Program-made: the position numbers and the translations under genes
Source of the DNA: an uncultured Chloroflexia bacterium
GTDB lineage: Bacteria; Chloroflexota; Anaerolineae; CG2-30-64-16
DNA length: 64,000 nt
Reading direction: 5' to 3'
Assembly (NCBI GenBank): GCA_963810095.1
Contig: CAWEMM010000009.1
Location: 640,001 to 704,000 of the forward strand
The notes under the pieces: generated by a model
The model's input: the letters and a program-made list of their open reading frames with translations, nothing else
Databases searched by the model: none
Told to the model about the DNA's origin: nothing
In this document: positions 1-11,302 of the stretch, one piece after another
Layout: every line of letters starts with the position of its first letter
How positions within the stretch are numbered: position 1 is the stretch's first letter

Positions 1-1
1 G

Positions 2-805
2 CTCAAAGGGGCCGCGGTCGGGCATACGGTCTACCCCAACCCCGCGCTGCGACCGGTGAGCGACCTCGACTTGCTCACCCCCCGTGAGCAGGTTGGGCGT
101 GTGCAGTCCCGGCTCGAAGCGATCGGGTATCGGGGGGTGGGGCTCACCGCACACCGTCGCTTGGGCGGCCTGGCACGCCGGTACCGCGCCGAGCTCCCAC
201 TGGTCGGCTATGTGCCCGGCCTGGGTCACCTCCTCGTCGAGCTGCATTGGTCGCTGGCCGAGATCCCCTACTACATCGACCTGGTCACTCCGGCTGCCCT
301 GGCCGAGGACGCTAAGCCGCTTCACGCCCTTCCGGGTTGCTCTGCCCCCCGACCCAGCGTGCTGCTCGCTTATGCGGCCGGTCACCTGGCCTTGCATCAC
401 AGCCGCGACCTCCGTTTGATCTGGCTCGTGGACCTCGACTACCTGGTTCGCAGCGGCCGGGTCGATTGGGACGACCTGTTGCGGATCGCCGAGGCGTGGA
501 AGCTCGGGCTGGCCCTGCACGCGGGTCTGGCGGCGGTCGCCGGCTGGCTGAGGACGCCTGTCGATCCCGCGATCATGGCCGAGCTCGGGCGGCTGGCGCA
601 AGATCCGGTGGGGGTGCGGCTGTGGGGTCTGGGCGACGAAGCGCCGGACCGGGCGTGGCGGCGCGCGGCCGCGTCGTTGTCGACCCTGCCGCCGGCGAGT
701 GCGCTTCGCTACGCGGGGTGGCTGGCGCTGCGGGGAGCGTTGCGTCCCATCGAGCACGCTGCGTCCGCTGGCGCACCGCCCGCAGGCCAGGCGCGTCCGC
801 AATGA
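2..805 (+). CDS. Nucleotidyltransferase family protein (NTP_transf_5-like), 5'-truncated by the window edge
   Basis: Frame open from position 2: LKGAAVGHTVYPNPALRPVSDLDLL (KG...Y...R..xDxD motif), later ELHW and H...H..RLIWLVD, typical of this family. Confidence 0.8.
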   Translation, partial: LKGAAVGHTVYPNPALRPVSDLDLLTPREQVGRVQSRLEAIGYRGVGLTAHRRLGGLARRYRAELPLVGYVPGLGHLLVELHWSLAEIPYYIDLVTPAALAEDAKPLHALPGCSAPRPSVLLAYAAGHLALHHSRDLRLIWLVDLDYLVRSGRVDWDDLLRIAEAWKLGLALHAGLAAVAGWLRTPVDPAIMAELGRLAQDPVGVRLWGLGDEAPDRAWRRAAASLSTLPPASALRYAGWLALRGALRPIEHAASAGAPPAGQARPQ

Positions 806-1269
806 AGCAGGAGACGGTGAGTCCGCCACACGATCTGCGAGCGGAGACATGGCTGCCCTTGCTTCACGACGCGCTGGCCGAACACGGCCGCTTCACATTC
901 CCCCTGCGAGGCGCCAGTATGCGGCCGGCCCTGCCCGCGCAGTGCGATATCGACATCGTTCCGCTGCCGGCCGCACCGCGTTTAGGCCAGCTGATCGTGT
1001 TTGCCTCGGGCGACGCACTCGTTGCCCACCGGCTTGTGCGGCGCTCCGGGCGCTTCTGGGTTGCCCAGGGCGACAACCGGCGCGGGCCCGACCGCCCGCT
1101 GCAGCCCGAGCAAGTGCTGGGCGCCGTTGCAGCCGCAAGGGTGGGCGGACGTACCGTGTGGCCGCACCGGGCCGAGCGCCCGTGGGCCATGCTGATGGTG
1201 GCGCGCTACCATCTCCTGCGCGCTGTGCGGTGGGCCGGACGGCAAGTCCGGCGCTGGATGCCGCGATGA
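802..1269 (+). CDS. S24/S26 (signal peptidase I-like) peptidase
   Basis: ATGA overlap with upstream stop; motifs GASMRP (catalytic Ser), VAHRLV and QGDN. Confidence 0.8.
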   Translation: MKQETVSPPHDLRAETWLPLLHDALAEHGRFTFPLRGASMRPALPAQCDIDIVPLPAAPRLGQLIVFASGDALVAHRLVRRSGRFWVAQGDNRRGPDRPLQPEQVLGAVAAARVGGRTVWPHRAERPWAMLMVARYHLLRAVRWAGRQVRRWMPR

Positions 1270-2100
1270 GTGGATCTGTGGTTGTCGTGGACGTGGCCGG
1301 CGTCATCATGCGCGCCGAGGTGCCCGAGCACCACTGGGCAGAGGAGCTCGAGCAGCGGTACGCCGCGTTCATCACCACCGACCCGCCCCAATGGCAGGTC
1401 GCCGTTCGCCACGCGCCCGAAGAAGCCTTCCTGATGCCCGGCTGGGCCCGCCATGAGGGCGGCGTGACCGCCTTTCACATCCAGCAGTATCGCGGGGAAA
1501 TTGACCTTGCGGCCCGCACTGCCTGGGTGACTGCGCCTTCGTTCGAGCGCGTGGCTTCTGCTGTCGAACGAACACTTACCTTCATCCTCATGCAAGTGCT
1601 GCCAGCGCGAGCGGGACAGCCTTCTACTCCATGCCTGCGGCGTCGAGCTGGACGGCCGCGGGTACGTCTTTTTCGGTCCTTCCGGCGCGGGGAAAACCAC
1701 CGTGGCTCGCCTCGCGGCGGGCCACGGCGAGGTGTTGTGTGACGAGAACGTCGTGCTGCGCCTGGAGACTCGCGGCATCTACCTCCTGAGCACGCCGTTT
1801 TGGGGCGCCAGCACGCCGCCGCAGTTGATCCGACGCGTCGATCGGGCCGTGCCTCTGGCCGGGCTGTTCCGACTCGTACACGCCCCGGATTTCTCACTCA
1901 ACCGGCTCACGCCCGGTCGGGCGGTCGCCGCGCTGCTCGACACGGAGAAGGTTGCCACCGAGCGCCGCGAGAGCGCCCTGGCGTGGCTCGACGTGGCCGC
2001 ACGGCTGGTCGAACGCATCCCCGTCTATAGCCTCGGTTTCCCGCCTACTCAGGAACTGTGGTCATTTCTTCTGCGTCACGAGGGTGGATCAATCGCCTGA
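1266..2100 (+). CDS. HprK-related P-loop kinase (ScmC/HPr-rel-like), frameshift near 1600
   Basis: ATGA overlap; after a frame change reads LLHACGVELDGRGYVFFGPSGAGKTT...LCDE...STPFWG, the H...GxSGxGKT...DD/DE pattern of HprK-like kinases. Confidence 0.75.
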
Positions 2101-2226
2101 TTCGGCTCGGCTGAACGCTGGTATAATTCGGCCAAGGCCTTGCTTCAGCAGGACGTATGCCCGGTGCTTCCGCCTGGCCCGGCGAAGGCGTGTGCGCCTG
2201 CTCTGCTCGTAAGGAGGAGACCTCCC

Positions 2227-5200
2227 ATGTCCCGCAATCGCTCTGCATCAATGCGCACCCTCGGTCTGGCGGCGCTGGTGATGGCCGTCCTGGCGACTGC
2301 TGCCATCGCCTGCGCAGCCCGCCCTGACCCGTCCAGCCCCGCACAGGGGGATTCGTCGGAGGTGACCATGCGTCGAAGCCGCCTCGCGCTGACGCCCCAG
2401 CCAACGCCGGGGTTGCGGTACCGGTTGTCCGAAGGCCGCGAGCAGGCGGGACCCGCCGAAGTGCTGACCCCCGCAACGGCCGAGCCCCTGGCGGCCGCAG
2501 ACACCCAAAAGCTGCTTGACCGCCTGCCCCCACTGACCGGCGAGGCCGGGGACGTGATGGAGCTTAACCTGCCGAAGGACACGCTCCCTGCCCCGCGGCC
2601 CGGCAAGACGATCAAGGAGCCTTTTCCTCCCGTACCCGCGCCCATCTCTGCGCCCCAGGTGACGACAGGGCCCCTCGAGGTGCTCCGCTACGCGCCCGAG
2701 GGTGACGTGCCGGTGGCCCCCAACCTGAGCATCACCTTCAACCAGCCGATGGTTGCGCTCACCAGCATCGGCGATCTCGCCAAGCAGAACGTGCCGGTAA
2801 AGCTCTCGCCCCAACCCGACGGCCAGTGGCGCTGGGTGGGCACGAAGACGCTCTTCTTTGAGCCGGCCGCGAAAACCGGGTTTGCCGCGGGCCGTCTGCC
2901 GGCCGCCACAAAGTACACGGTCGAGATTCCCGCTGGAACCACGTCCGCGACCGGCGGCAAGCTGGCAAAAGCAGTGAGCTTCAGCTTCACCACCCCGGCT
3001 CCAGCGATCGAGGTCGCCTACCCGAAAGACGGCCCAACCCGCCGCGATACGCCGTTCTTCGTCTCCTTCAACCAGCGCATCGACCCCGCCGCCGTGCTCA
3101 AGACCATCGTGGTGCGGGCGGGCGGCCGAACCTTCCCGCTCCAGCTGCTGCCGGCCGATGACCTGCCCGCGGACGAGGCCCTTAGGTCGCTGGCTGCAAA
3201 CGCACAGTCTGGCCGCTGGCTGGCCTTCAAGACGACCGAACCGCTGCCCGCTGACGCGGCGGTGGAGGTGGTGGTGGGCCCAGGGGTCCCCTCGGCCGAA
3301 GGCCCGCTGACCAGCCCGAAGGCGGAAGCCTTCAGCTTTCGCACGTACGGACCGCTCACCGTAGTGCGGAGCCAGTGCGGTTGGGGCGGCGAGTGCACGC
3401 CGTTCCTGCCCTGGCAGATCGAGTTTTCGAACCCGCTCGACCGGAACAGCATCACCGAGGCATCGGTGAAAATCGAGCCCGCGCTGCCGAATCTCACCGT
3501 CGAAGTGTTCGGCAACACCATGCAGATTCGCGGGGCCAGCCAGGGCCGCACGACGTACCGCGTCACGCTCGACGCGGGGATCGGCGACATTTTCGGCCAG
3601 GTCCTCGGCAGCCCGGTGACCGTCACGTTTGCGGTCGGGTCGGCACAGCCCTCCATGGGGATGCAGGGCGGGAACTTCGTCGTGCTCGATCCGCTCGGCA
3701 AGCCTGCGCTGTCGGTCTACACCATCAATTACAACCGGCTGGCCGTGCGTGCGTACGCCGTCAAGCCGGAAGACTGGCCCGCATTCAAGACGTACATGCA
3801 GGAGCGCTACCGGACCGACAACCCGCCCGCGGTGCCGGGCCAGTTGGTATACCAGAAGGCTGTCCCCATCGAGTCCGTCGCCGACAAGCTTGTGGAGACG
3901 GCAGTCGATCTGGACGCGGCCTTCAAACAGGCCCAGGGCCATCTCGTGGTCCTCATCAAGCCCGAGCGGACGGGCTTGTCCGCGCTGCTGCCCGGCCGCA
4001 GCCGGCCGGAAGAGAACGTGGTCTGGGTGCAGAAAACCCAGATCGGGCTGGACGCGTTCGTGGACGCGGGCCAGGCGCTCGCCTGGACGACCTCGCTGAA
4101 GGACGGCTCGCCGCTGGCGAACGTCGAACTATCCCTGTGGCCGGGCAGCGCGACGGCGCGCAGCAACGACGCGGGCATGGCGACGCTGGCACTGCCCGCC
4201 GGCGCGCCCGCCCAGCTCCTGTTGGCGAAGGCCAACGGCGAGACGGCCATGCTCCCCTCCGATGCGTATTTCTGGGGCGGCGGCGGGTGGCAGCAGCGGC
4301 CGCTCGTCGACCAGCTCCGCTGGTACGTCTTTGACGACCGCAAGATGTACAGGCCCGGCGAAGAGGTGCATATCAAGGGCTGGTTGCGGCGCTGGGGCGC
4401 AGGCCCCCGCGGCGACATTAGCATGCTGCAAGGCGCGGAGGCGGTCACCTATCGCCTGCAGGACAGCCGCGGTAACGAGATCGTAACCGGCCGGGCCGGC
4501 GTGAACGCCAGCGGCGGCTTTGACTTCGTCCTCAAGCTGTCGGACACGATGAACCTGGGTCCCGCCTATTTGCAGTTCGACGCCGTGGCGAGCGGCAACT
4601 ACGACAACCGGTCGTATGGGCATCAGATCGACGTACAGGAGTTCCGCCGGCCCGAGTTCGAGGTTAAGCTGAATCCCGGGGAAGGGCCCTACTTCGTTGC
4701 CGACAGCGCAACCGTCGAAGCAAGCGCCGCCTACTATGCCGGCGGCCCCTTGCCCAACGCGCCGGTCAACTGGACGGTCACGTCGAGCTCCGGCTCCTAC
4801 AGCCCGCCCGGCTGGGACGACTTCACCTTCGGCCGCTGGGTCCCCTGGTGGCATCTGTGGTGGTCGGGCCCCGAAAAGCCGCAGATCGAAACCGGCAAGA
4901 CTTTCACGGGCACGACCGATGCGGGCGGTCTCCACGTCCTGCGCATCGACTTCGACTCCGTCGTTCCGGCCGAGCCCTCGTCGCTACGTGTCGAAGCGTC
5001 GGTGGAGGATGTCAACCGCCAGGCCTGGACCGCGAGCGCGAACCTATTGGTCCATCCCGCATCGCTGTACGTCGGGCTGCGAACGGAACGCCTCTTTGTG
5101 GAGAAAGACCAGCCGCTGCCGGTCGACATCATTGTGACCGACCTGGACGGGCAACCCGTAGCCGGCGCCGAGGTGAAGCTGACCGCCGCCCGGCTGCAGT

Positions 5201-8200
5201 GGAAATGGAACGGCTCGAGCTACGAGGAGACCGGGGTCGACCCGCAGCCCTGCACGGTCAAGTCCGAGACGAAACCGGTGCGCTGCACGTTCGAGACGCC
5301 CCAGGGCGGCACGTACCGGATCACGGCCGTCGTCACTGACGACAAAGGCCGGCCCAACCAGACAGAGCTGACCCGCTGGGTCTCGGGCGGCGACGTGGTG
5401 CCGTCACGCGACGTACAGCAGGAAGAGGTCACCCTCGTTCCAGACAAGAAAACATACCGTGCGGGCGAGACGGCCGAAATCCTGGTCCAGGCGCCGTTCT
5501 ACCCGGCCGAGGGCCTGCTCACGCTGCGGCGCTCGGGGCTGGTGAAGAGCGAGCGCTTCACGCTGGATGGGCCGTCCACCACCTTGCGCGTTCCCATCGA
5601 AGAAGGGTACGTGCCGAACGTGTTCGTGCAGGTGGACCTGGTTGGCGCATCTGCCAGGGCGGGCGATGCCGCCGTGGATACGCAGGGACAGCCGCAGACC
5701 AACCTGCCGAAGCGGCCCGCGTATGCGCGCGGCGAACTCGACCTCAGCGTGCCGCCGCTCGCCCGCACGCTGACCGTGGAAGCGAAGCCCCAGGCCGACA
5801 AACTGGAGCCGGGCGGGACCACGCAGCTCGACCTGATCGTGCGAGACGCGGCCGGCAAGCCCGTCCCCAATGCGGAGTTGGCCGTCGCCGTCGTCGACGA
5901 AGCGATCCTGGCCCTGACCGGGTACGACCTCCCTGATCCGCTCACGAGCTTCTACGACGAGCGCTCGACCGAGATGATGGACAGCCATAACCGCGGCTAC
6001 ATCGTCCTCGCGAACCCAATGGCGCTGGACACGGGCGCGCAGGCCGCGAATGACGCGGCGACGGGCGCGGGGGCGCCGGTCATGGCCGCGGTGCCCGCAC
6101 CTGCCGCCGCGGAAGCCCCGCGAGCGATGGCGACCCAGACGGTCGAGAAGGCGGTCATGCAGGAGGGGGGGCAGGCGAACACACCGATCGCCGTCCGCAC
6201 GGACTTCAACCCGCTGGCCAACTGGTCTCCGGCGGTGCCCACGGACGGCCAGGGCCGGGCTACGATCACGATCAAGGTGCCCGATAACCTGACGCGATAC
6301 CGGGTGATGGTGGTCGCGGTGGCGGGCGCAAAGCAGTTTGGCAAGGGAGCCTCTGCGGTCACGGCCCGGCTGCCCCTGATGGTGCGGCCGTCCGCGCCGC
6401 GTTTCCTCAACTTCGGCGACAAGTTCGAGCTGCCGGTGGTCGTGCAGAACCAGACGGACGCGCCGATGACCGTCGACGTGGCGCTGCAAACCGCGAACCT
6501 GGAGCTAACGGAGGGAACCGGCCGCCGGGTAACGGTCCCCGCGAATGACCGTGTCGAGGTGCGCTTCCCCGCGACAACCGTCGCATCCGGGACGGCGCGC
6601 TTCCAGGTGGCTGCGGCCTCAGGTAAGTGGGCCGACGCCGCAAACATCAGCCTGCCGGTTTACACGCCGGCGACGACAGAAGCCTTCGCCGTGTACGGGG
6701 TGGTGGATGAAGGGAGCGTAGCCCAGCCCGTCATCGCGCCGACGGGCGTCTATACGCAGTTTGGCGGGCTCGAAATCCAGACTTCGTCGACCGCGCTGCA
6801 GGCGCTAACCGACGCGTTCCTGTACCTGGTCGCCTATCCGTTCGAGTGCTCCGAGCAGCTTGCGTCACGCATTCTCTCGGTGGCGGCGCTGCGCGACGTC
6901 CTGACCGCGTTCCAGGCGGAAGGCCTGCCGGCCGCTCCCGAGATCGAGGCGTCGATGAAGCGCGATATCGAGCGGCTTGACGGTATGCAGAACGATGACG
7001 GCGGCTTCCCTGTGTGGAAGCGCGGCGACGAGTCGTGGCCCTATTACAGCATCCATGCCACCCACGCCTTGCAGCGGGCGAAGATGAAGGGCTATGCGGT
7101 GCCAGGGGAAATGCTCGACAGCGCGCGCAGCTACCTGGTCGACATCGAGTCGAAATACCCCTACTGGTATGGCCCTTCGGTGCGCAATACCCTCAGCGCC
7201 TACGCGCTCTACGTGCGCAACCTCATGGGCGATAAGGACGCGGCCAAGGCGCGCAAGTTGATCGCCGAAAGCGGCCTCGACACCGGTTCGCCAACCGCGC
7301 TCACGCCGGAAGCCGTGGGCTGGCTGCTGAGCGTGCTGACTGACGATCCCGGCTCGAAGGAGCAGGTGGCCCAGATCCGGCGCTACCTCGACAACCGGGT
7401 GACCGAGACGGCCGGCGCGGCGCACTTCGTCTCTTCCTATTCCGACCAGGACTACGTCGTGCTCGGCTCGAACCGCCGGGGCGACGGCGTGATCCTGGAT
7501 GCATTGATCGGGGACCAAGCCGCAGAGCGACTTGATCCCCAAGCTGGTCGCGGGGTTGCTGGGCGGGCGGAAAGACGGGCGCTGGTCGAACACGCAGGAG
7601 AACGTCTTCATCCTGCTCGCGCTCGACCGCTACTTCAATACCTACGAGGCTACGACGCCCGACTTCGTGGCCCGTGCATGGCTGGGCGACCAGTACCTGG
7701 GCGAATCGACGTTCCACGGCCGCACGACCGACTACAAGCAGATCACGGCGCCTATGGCGTTCCTGGCGCAGGCGGCCCCGACGACCGAGAACGTGATCCT
7801 CGGCAAGGATGGGCCGGGCCGGCTGTACTACCGGCTGGGGCTGCGCTACGCGCCGAAGGATCTGAATCTGCCCGCTTACGACGCCGGTTTCACCGTCGAG
7901 CGCAAGTATGAGGGCGTGGACGATCCGGCGGACGTCCGGCGTGAGGCGGATGGGACCTGGGTCATCAAACCGGGCGCGCGTGTGAGGGTGACCCTGACGA
8001 TGGTTGCGCCCGCCATTCGACATCACGTTGCGCTGAGCGATCCGCTGCCCGCGGGGCTCGAGCCGCTCAATCCCGCGCTCGCGACCACCGGCAGCCTGCC
8101 GGCTGAGGCCAACACCACGCCGGCCAAGGGGTACTTCTGGTGGTGGGGCCCCTGGTACGAGCACCAGAACCTGCGCGATCAGCGGGCCGAGGCGTTCACG

Positions 8201-8350
8201 TCGACGTTGTGGGGCGGGGTGTACGAGTACACCTACTTCGCCAGGGCAACCACGCCGGGTCGATTCGTAGTCCCGCCGGCAAAGGCCGAGGAGATGTACG
8301 CACCGGAGACCTTCGGCCGCAGCGCGGGCGACGTGGTCGTGGTCCAATAA
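2227..8350 (+). CDS. Bacterial alpha-2-macroglobulin family lipoprotein with N-terminal Ig-like domains; frameshift near 7520
   Basis: RBS AAGGAGGAG at about 2211; lipobox AIAC; MG2 motif DRKMYRPGEEV; EFRRPEFEV; AVVDEAILAL; PDNLTRYRV; thioester motif YPFECSEQ; the C-terminus (ORF 7532-8350) ends in PPAKAEEMYAPETFGRS. Confidence 0.9.
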
Positions 8351-8367
8351 GTCGGATCCGAATGTGC

Positions 8368-8412
8368 GCTGGGGCCGGTCTCTGACCGTGCCCCGGCTGG
8401 CTCGGTCAGATA
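8368..8412. repeat. REP-like palindromic element (family C), second copy at about 35015-35062
   Basis: GCTGGGGCCGGTCTCTGACCGTGCCCC is identical at 8368 and 35015. Confidence 0.65.
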
Positions 8413-8426
8413 GCAAATGGAATGCA

Positions 8427-8462
8427 AGAGGCCAGGTTCCTCGCCCGAACCTGGCCTCTCTT
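8427..8462. terminator. Hairpin between convergent genes, probable bidirectional terminator
   Basis: 13-bp perfect stem AGAGGCCAGGTTC / GAACCTGGCCTCT. Confidence 0.65.
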
Positions 8463-8475
8463 CTGCGTTTGAGCC

Positions 8476-10917
8476 CTACTTGACACGCGCGTATTCTGCC
8501 CGCCAGTACAGGTACTGGTCGGTGCCGTACTCGATCGAGCAGGTGGCGCCCTCGCACGTAGCGCGGAACTCCACGGGCTGCAGCGGTCTTACGGGCCAGT
8601 GCACGCCGCTCTCGTTGCCCAGGTCGAGCACGGTCTGGGGCACGGCGAGCGTGACGGTCGGTTGGCTCCAGCCCGGCGTGCCGGAAAACAGCGAGACCAC
8701 GCCCTCGATGGTGACCACATACCCCGGCTGGTCACCCGGTTCGTTGGGCAGCACGTCGTTCTGGCGCACGGCCTGGCTGACTGCGCCCTGGCCGATGGTC
8801 TCGTTCGCCGCCAGCCCGGGATCGCCGGAAGTCAGTGTCACGTCCTTGAAAATCACGTTCCCGCTGCGGTCCGTGATCTCGAGGGTGTAGAACTGCGTCG
8901 ACGCACCCGGGCACGTCTGCGGCTGCGTGCCCACGCCGTCGACTCCCCGGCCGTCGAGGAAGACCGACTGGACGTCCTGCACCCGCCAGTGCAGGGTGGT
9001 GCACCCGCCCGAAGGCAGAGCATACTGCTCCGCGTAGAAGGCGGCGCTGCTCGGGCCGCCGGTCGGCGAGGGTGTCGCGGCCGTAACCACGATGGTCAAG
9101 CGCTTGGGGACGGTCTGACCCGCCTTGGTCAGGACCGACAACTCGAAGTTGGTCGTCTGGGTCAGGCAGAAGCGCCGCGATGAAACGCCCTCCACCGGCA
9201 GGCCGTTCAGTCGCACCTCCTGCACCTCCGTCGCGCTCCAGCTGAGCAGGACACACTCATTGGGCGCAATCTGCATTTTGTCGGCCGTGAAGACGATGCC
9301 CCCCGCGCCCGCAGGAACGACCTGGATCGTTGCGGTGTAGTCCTGCGTTCCGGCGCTGCTTGTGACGCTCAGCGTGTACGTGGTCGTCTGCGTCGGGCAC
9401 ACCTGGCGCGTCTCGGACCCCGTCGCCCCGGCGCCCTGGAACCGCACGGAAATGACGTTCTGGACATCCCACGACACGTTCGTGCATTCGCCGGCTGCCA
9501 CCGAGTATTTCTCCGCCTTCAGGACGGCAGCCGAGTCCCAGCGTGTCGGGGTTGGTGTCAGCAATCCGCCGACGGTGGGCGTGACGGTGGGCGTGGCGGT
9601 CACGCGGGCCTGCGGGCGCGGGGTCGGCCGCCGGGTGGGCGCGACAGGCGGAGGAATCTCGGGACCGGGCGTGGTGATCGCCACCAACTGCGGCGTTACG
9701 GTTGAGCCGGGCGGCGGGGTGTATGTGGGCCGCAAGGCAAGCTGCACGCTCAGCTCGTTGCTGATGGGCGCCCAGGCGCCTTCATGCTCGACCTCGAGAA
9801 CCACCTTGTAGTCGCCCACCCCGCCCTGATCTACGATCGGCTGGAGCGCGAGCGTCGGGCCGCGAGCCTCGGGTGTCTGGAAGGTCAGGCCGTTCAGGCT
9901 GATTTTCCAGCGCAAGCGCACCCGGTCTTCCTGCAGCACGAGCGGGCGCACCACTTCCATATTCTGGATGCGGATTGGCAGGATCTGCGTGTACTCGACG
10001 CCCGAACTAATTCTGCGCGTCGGCGCGGCGGCATCGTCTACGGTCATGACGACATAGAAGCGCGTATTGACGCCGGGATCGATGTCGAGCAAGCCCGGCA
10101 CGAGGTCGAACACGTGCGAGAACTGGATGAGGCCCTGGCTCTGCGCCGGATCTGGTTTGAAGTAGAGCGTCATCTCGTCGACGGTCTTGTCCAGGCTCGG
10201 ATCGCCCGCCACGAGACCCGCGCCGCCCGAGGAGTCCTGCTTGAGTGTGAGCCGGGCAGGCACCAGGCCGTCGGAGAGGGCCGGAATGGCCGAGTAGCGG
10301 TACTGGCCGACGACGGTGAGCGGGATTGACTGCTGCGCCGGCGGCGTCTCGGGCTTTACGAGTGCGAGGCTGGCGTCGGCCAGGCGCCACCGCCCCAGCA
10401 GCGCGTAAGTGCCGGGCTGGGCCACGCCGAACTCGACGTCGCCTGTGCCTCCGCGGGTGGTCACCCGCTCCCACAGCCGCCCGTTCCACTGATACGGCGC
10501 GACCTCGTACTGGTCGGACGTGACCCCGGGCGGGAGCGGCAGCCGCACCGATGCGACGCCGGTAAGCTCAGAACCATCGATCTGGAGCTCGTAGGCCTGG
10601 CCGATCATGCTCGAAGGCACCGGGACGGCAGGCGGGCTCGCCGCGGTCCTGAAGGTAACCGTCGCGTCCGCTGCCAGGCTGCCGGCCGGCACGGTGGCTT
10701 CGGCGCCGTCGCGTAGCGAGATCGTACCGCCTTTGCCCTTGTCCACCTGGACAACGGCCTCGTCGGGCTCGAGCTGCTCCGCGCCAAACGGCGGCACCAC
10801 GACTGAGACGGGCGTTGGCGTCGCGGTTCGTGCGGCGCCCCGGCACCCCGACAACATCATCAAAGCCGTCGCGGCCAGCGCGACAAGCTTTAGCAGGTTC
10901 AGTTTGTGTCCAATCAT
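8476..10917 (-). CDS. Surface lipoprotein: ZU5-like N-terminal region, PT-rich linker, three Cys-paired Ig-like repeats
   Basis: Lipobox LSGC; GGTISLRDGAEATVPAGSL (ZU5-like); TPT repeats; three copies of A[ED]...C..[LV].W......V...G..V.G......C. Start overlaps the DUF1634 stop (ATGA). Confidence 0.7.
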   Translation of the reverse strand: MIGHKLNLLKLVALAATALMMLSGCRGAARTATPTPVSVVVPPFGAEQLEPDEAVVQVDKGKGGTISLRDGAEATVPAGSLAADATVTFRTAASPPAVPVPSSMIGQAYELQIDGSELTGVASVRLPLPPGVTSDQYEVAPYQWNGRLWERVTTRGGTGDVEFGVAQPGTYALLGRWRLADASLALVKPETPPAQQSIPLTVVGQYRYSAIPALSDGLVPARLTLKQDSSGGAGLVAGDPSLDKTVDEMTLYFKPDPAQSQGLIQFSHVFDLVPGLLDIDPGVNTRFYVVMTVDDAAAPTRRISSGVEYTQILPIRIQNMEVVRPLVLQEDRVRLRWKISLNGLTFQTPEARGPTLALQPIVDQGGVGDYKVVLEVEHEGAWAPISNELSVQLALRPTYTPPPGSTVTPQLVAITTPGPEIPPPVAPTRRPTPRPQARVTATPTVTPTVGGLLTPTPTRWDSAAVLKAEKYSVAAGECTNVSWDVQNVISVRFQGAGATGSETRQVCPTQTTTYTLSVTSSAGTQDYTATIQVVPAGAGGIVFTADKMQIAPNECVLLSWSATEVQEVRLNGLPVEGVSSRRFCLTQTTNFELSVLTKAGQTVPKRLTIVVTAATPSPTGGPSSAAFYAEQYALPSGGCTTLHWRVQDVQSVFLDGRGVDGVGTQPQTCPGASTQFYTLEITDRSGNVIFKDVTLTSGDPGLAANETIGQGAVSQAVRQNDVLPNEPGDQPGYVVTIEGVVSLFSGTPGWSQPTVTLAVPQTVLDLGNESGVHWPVRPLQPVEFRATCEGATCSIEYGTDQYLYWRAEYARVK

Positions 10918-11300
10918 GCTCGACCCAAAAGAATGCCAATCGTAAGGATTGCTGCGACGGCGCCTGCCGCGGCAGCGTCGGACCAGCGCCTGTGGACCAG
11001 GCTGTCCACGAGAATGTATAGCACGTTGACCATCGGCAACAAGGCCAGTGCCAGGAGGCCAACGCTCATTGCGCCGACCGGCGTCAGGACTGTCCGGCTG
11101 AAGAGCGAATTGAGCGGAACGACGCTTTGCCCCAGCAGCGACCCGCCGGCGTTGCCGCGTACCACGAAAGCCACGAGCCCGGTTAGCATCAGCGCGGCCG
11201 CGGGGATGGCCACAACCCGGGCGATCCGCTGCACGTTCCGCGCGATACGCTGGTTGTGATCTTCGGTCCCTGTCCGGGCTGCGATCACGTCGTCGAGCAC
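10914..11300 (-). CDS. DUF1634-like small membrane protein
   Basis: Three hydrophobic segments, GLLALALLP motif, located directly downstream of a TauE/SafE gene as is usual for this family. Confidence 0.65.
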   Translation of the reverse strand: MLDDVIAARTGTEDHNQRIARNVQRIARVVAIPAAALMLTGLVAFVVRGNAGGSLLGQSVVPLNSLFSRTVLTPVGAMSVGLLALALLPMVNVLYILVDSLVHRRWSDAAAAGAVAAILTIGILLGRA

Positions 11301-11302
11301 TA

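Noticed and set aside
2248-3942. Long antisense/shadow ORFs (e.g. 2248-3942, 22075-23721, 31716-33797, 51791-53287)
   Set aside because: They overlap well-supported genes on the opposite strand, have no motifs, and are expected from high-GC codon bias.
9540-9730. Low-complexity PT/TP-rich repeats as a DNA repeat element
   Set aside because: They encode an ordinary Pro/Thr linker of a surface lipoprotein.
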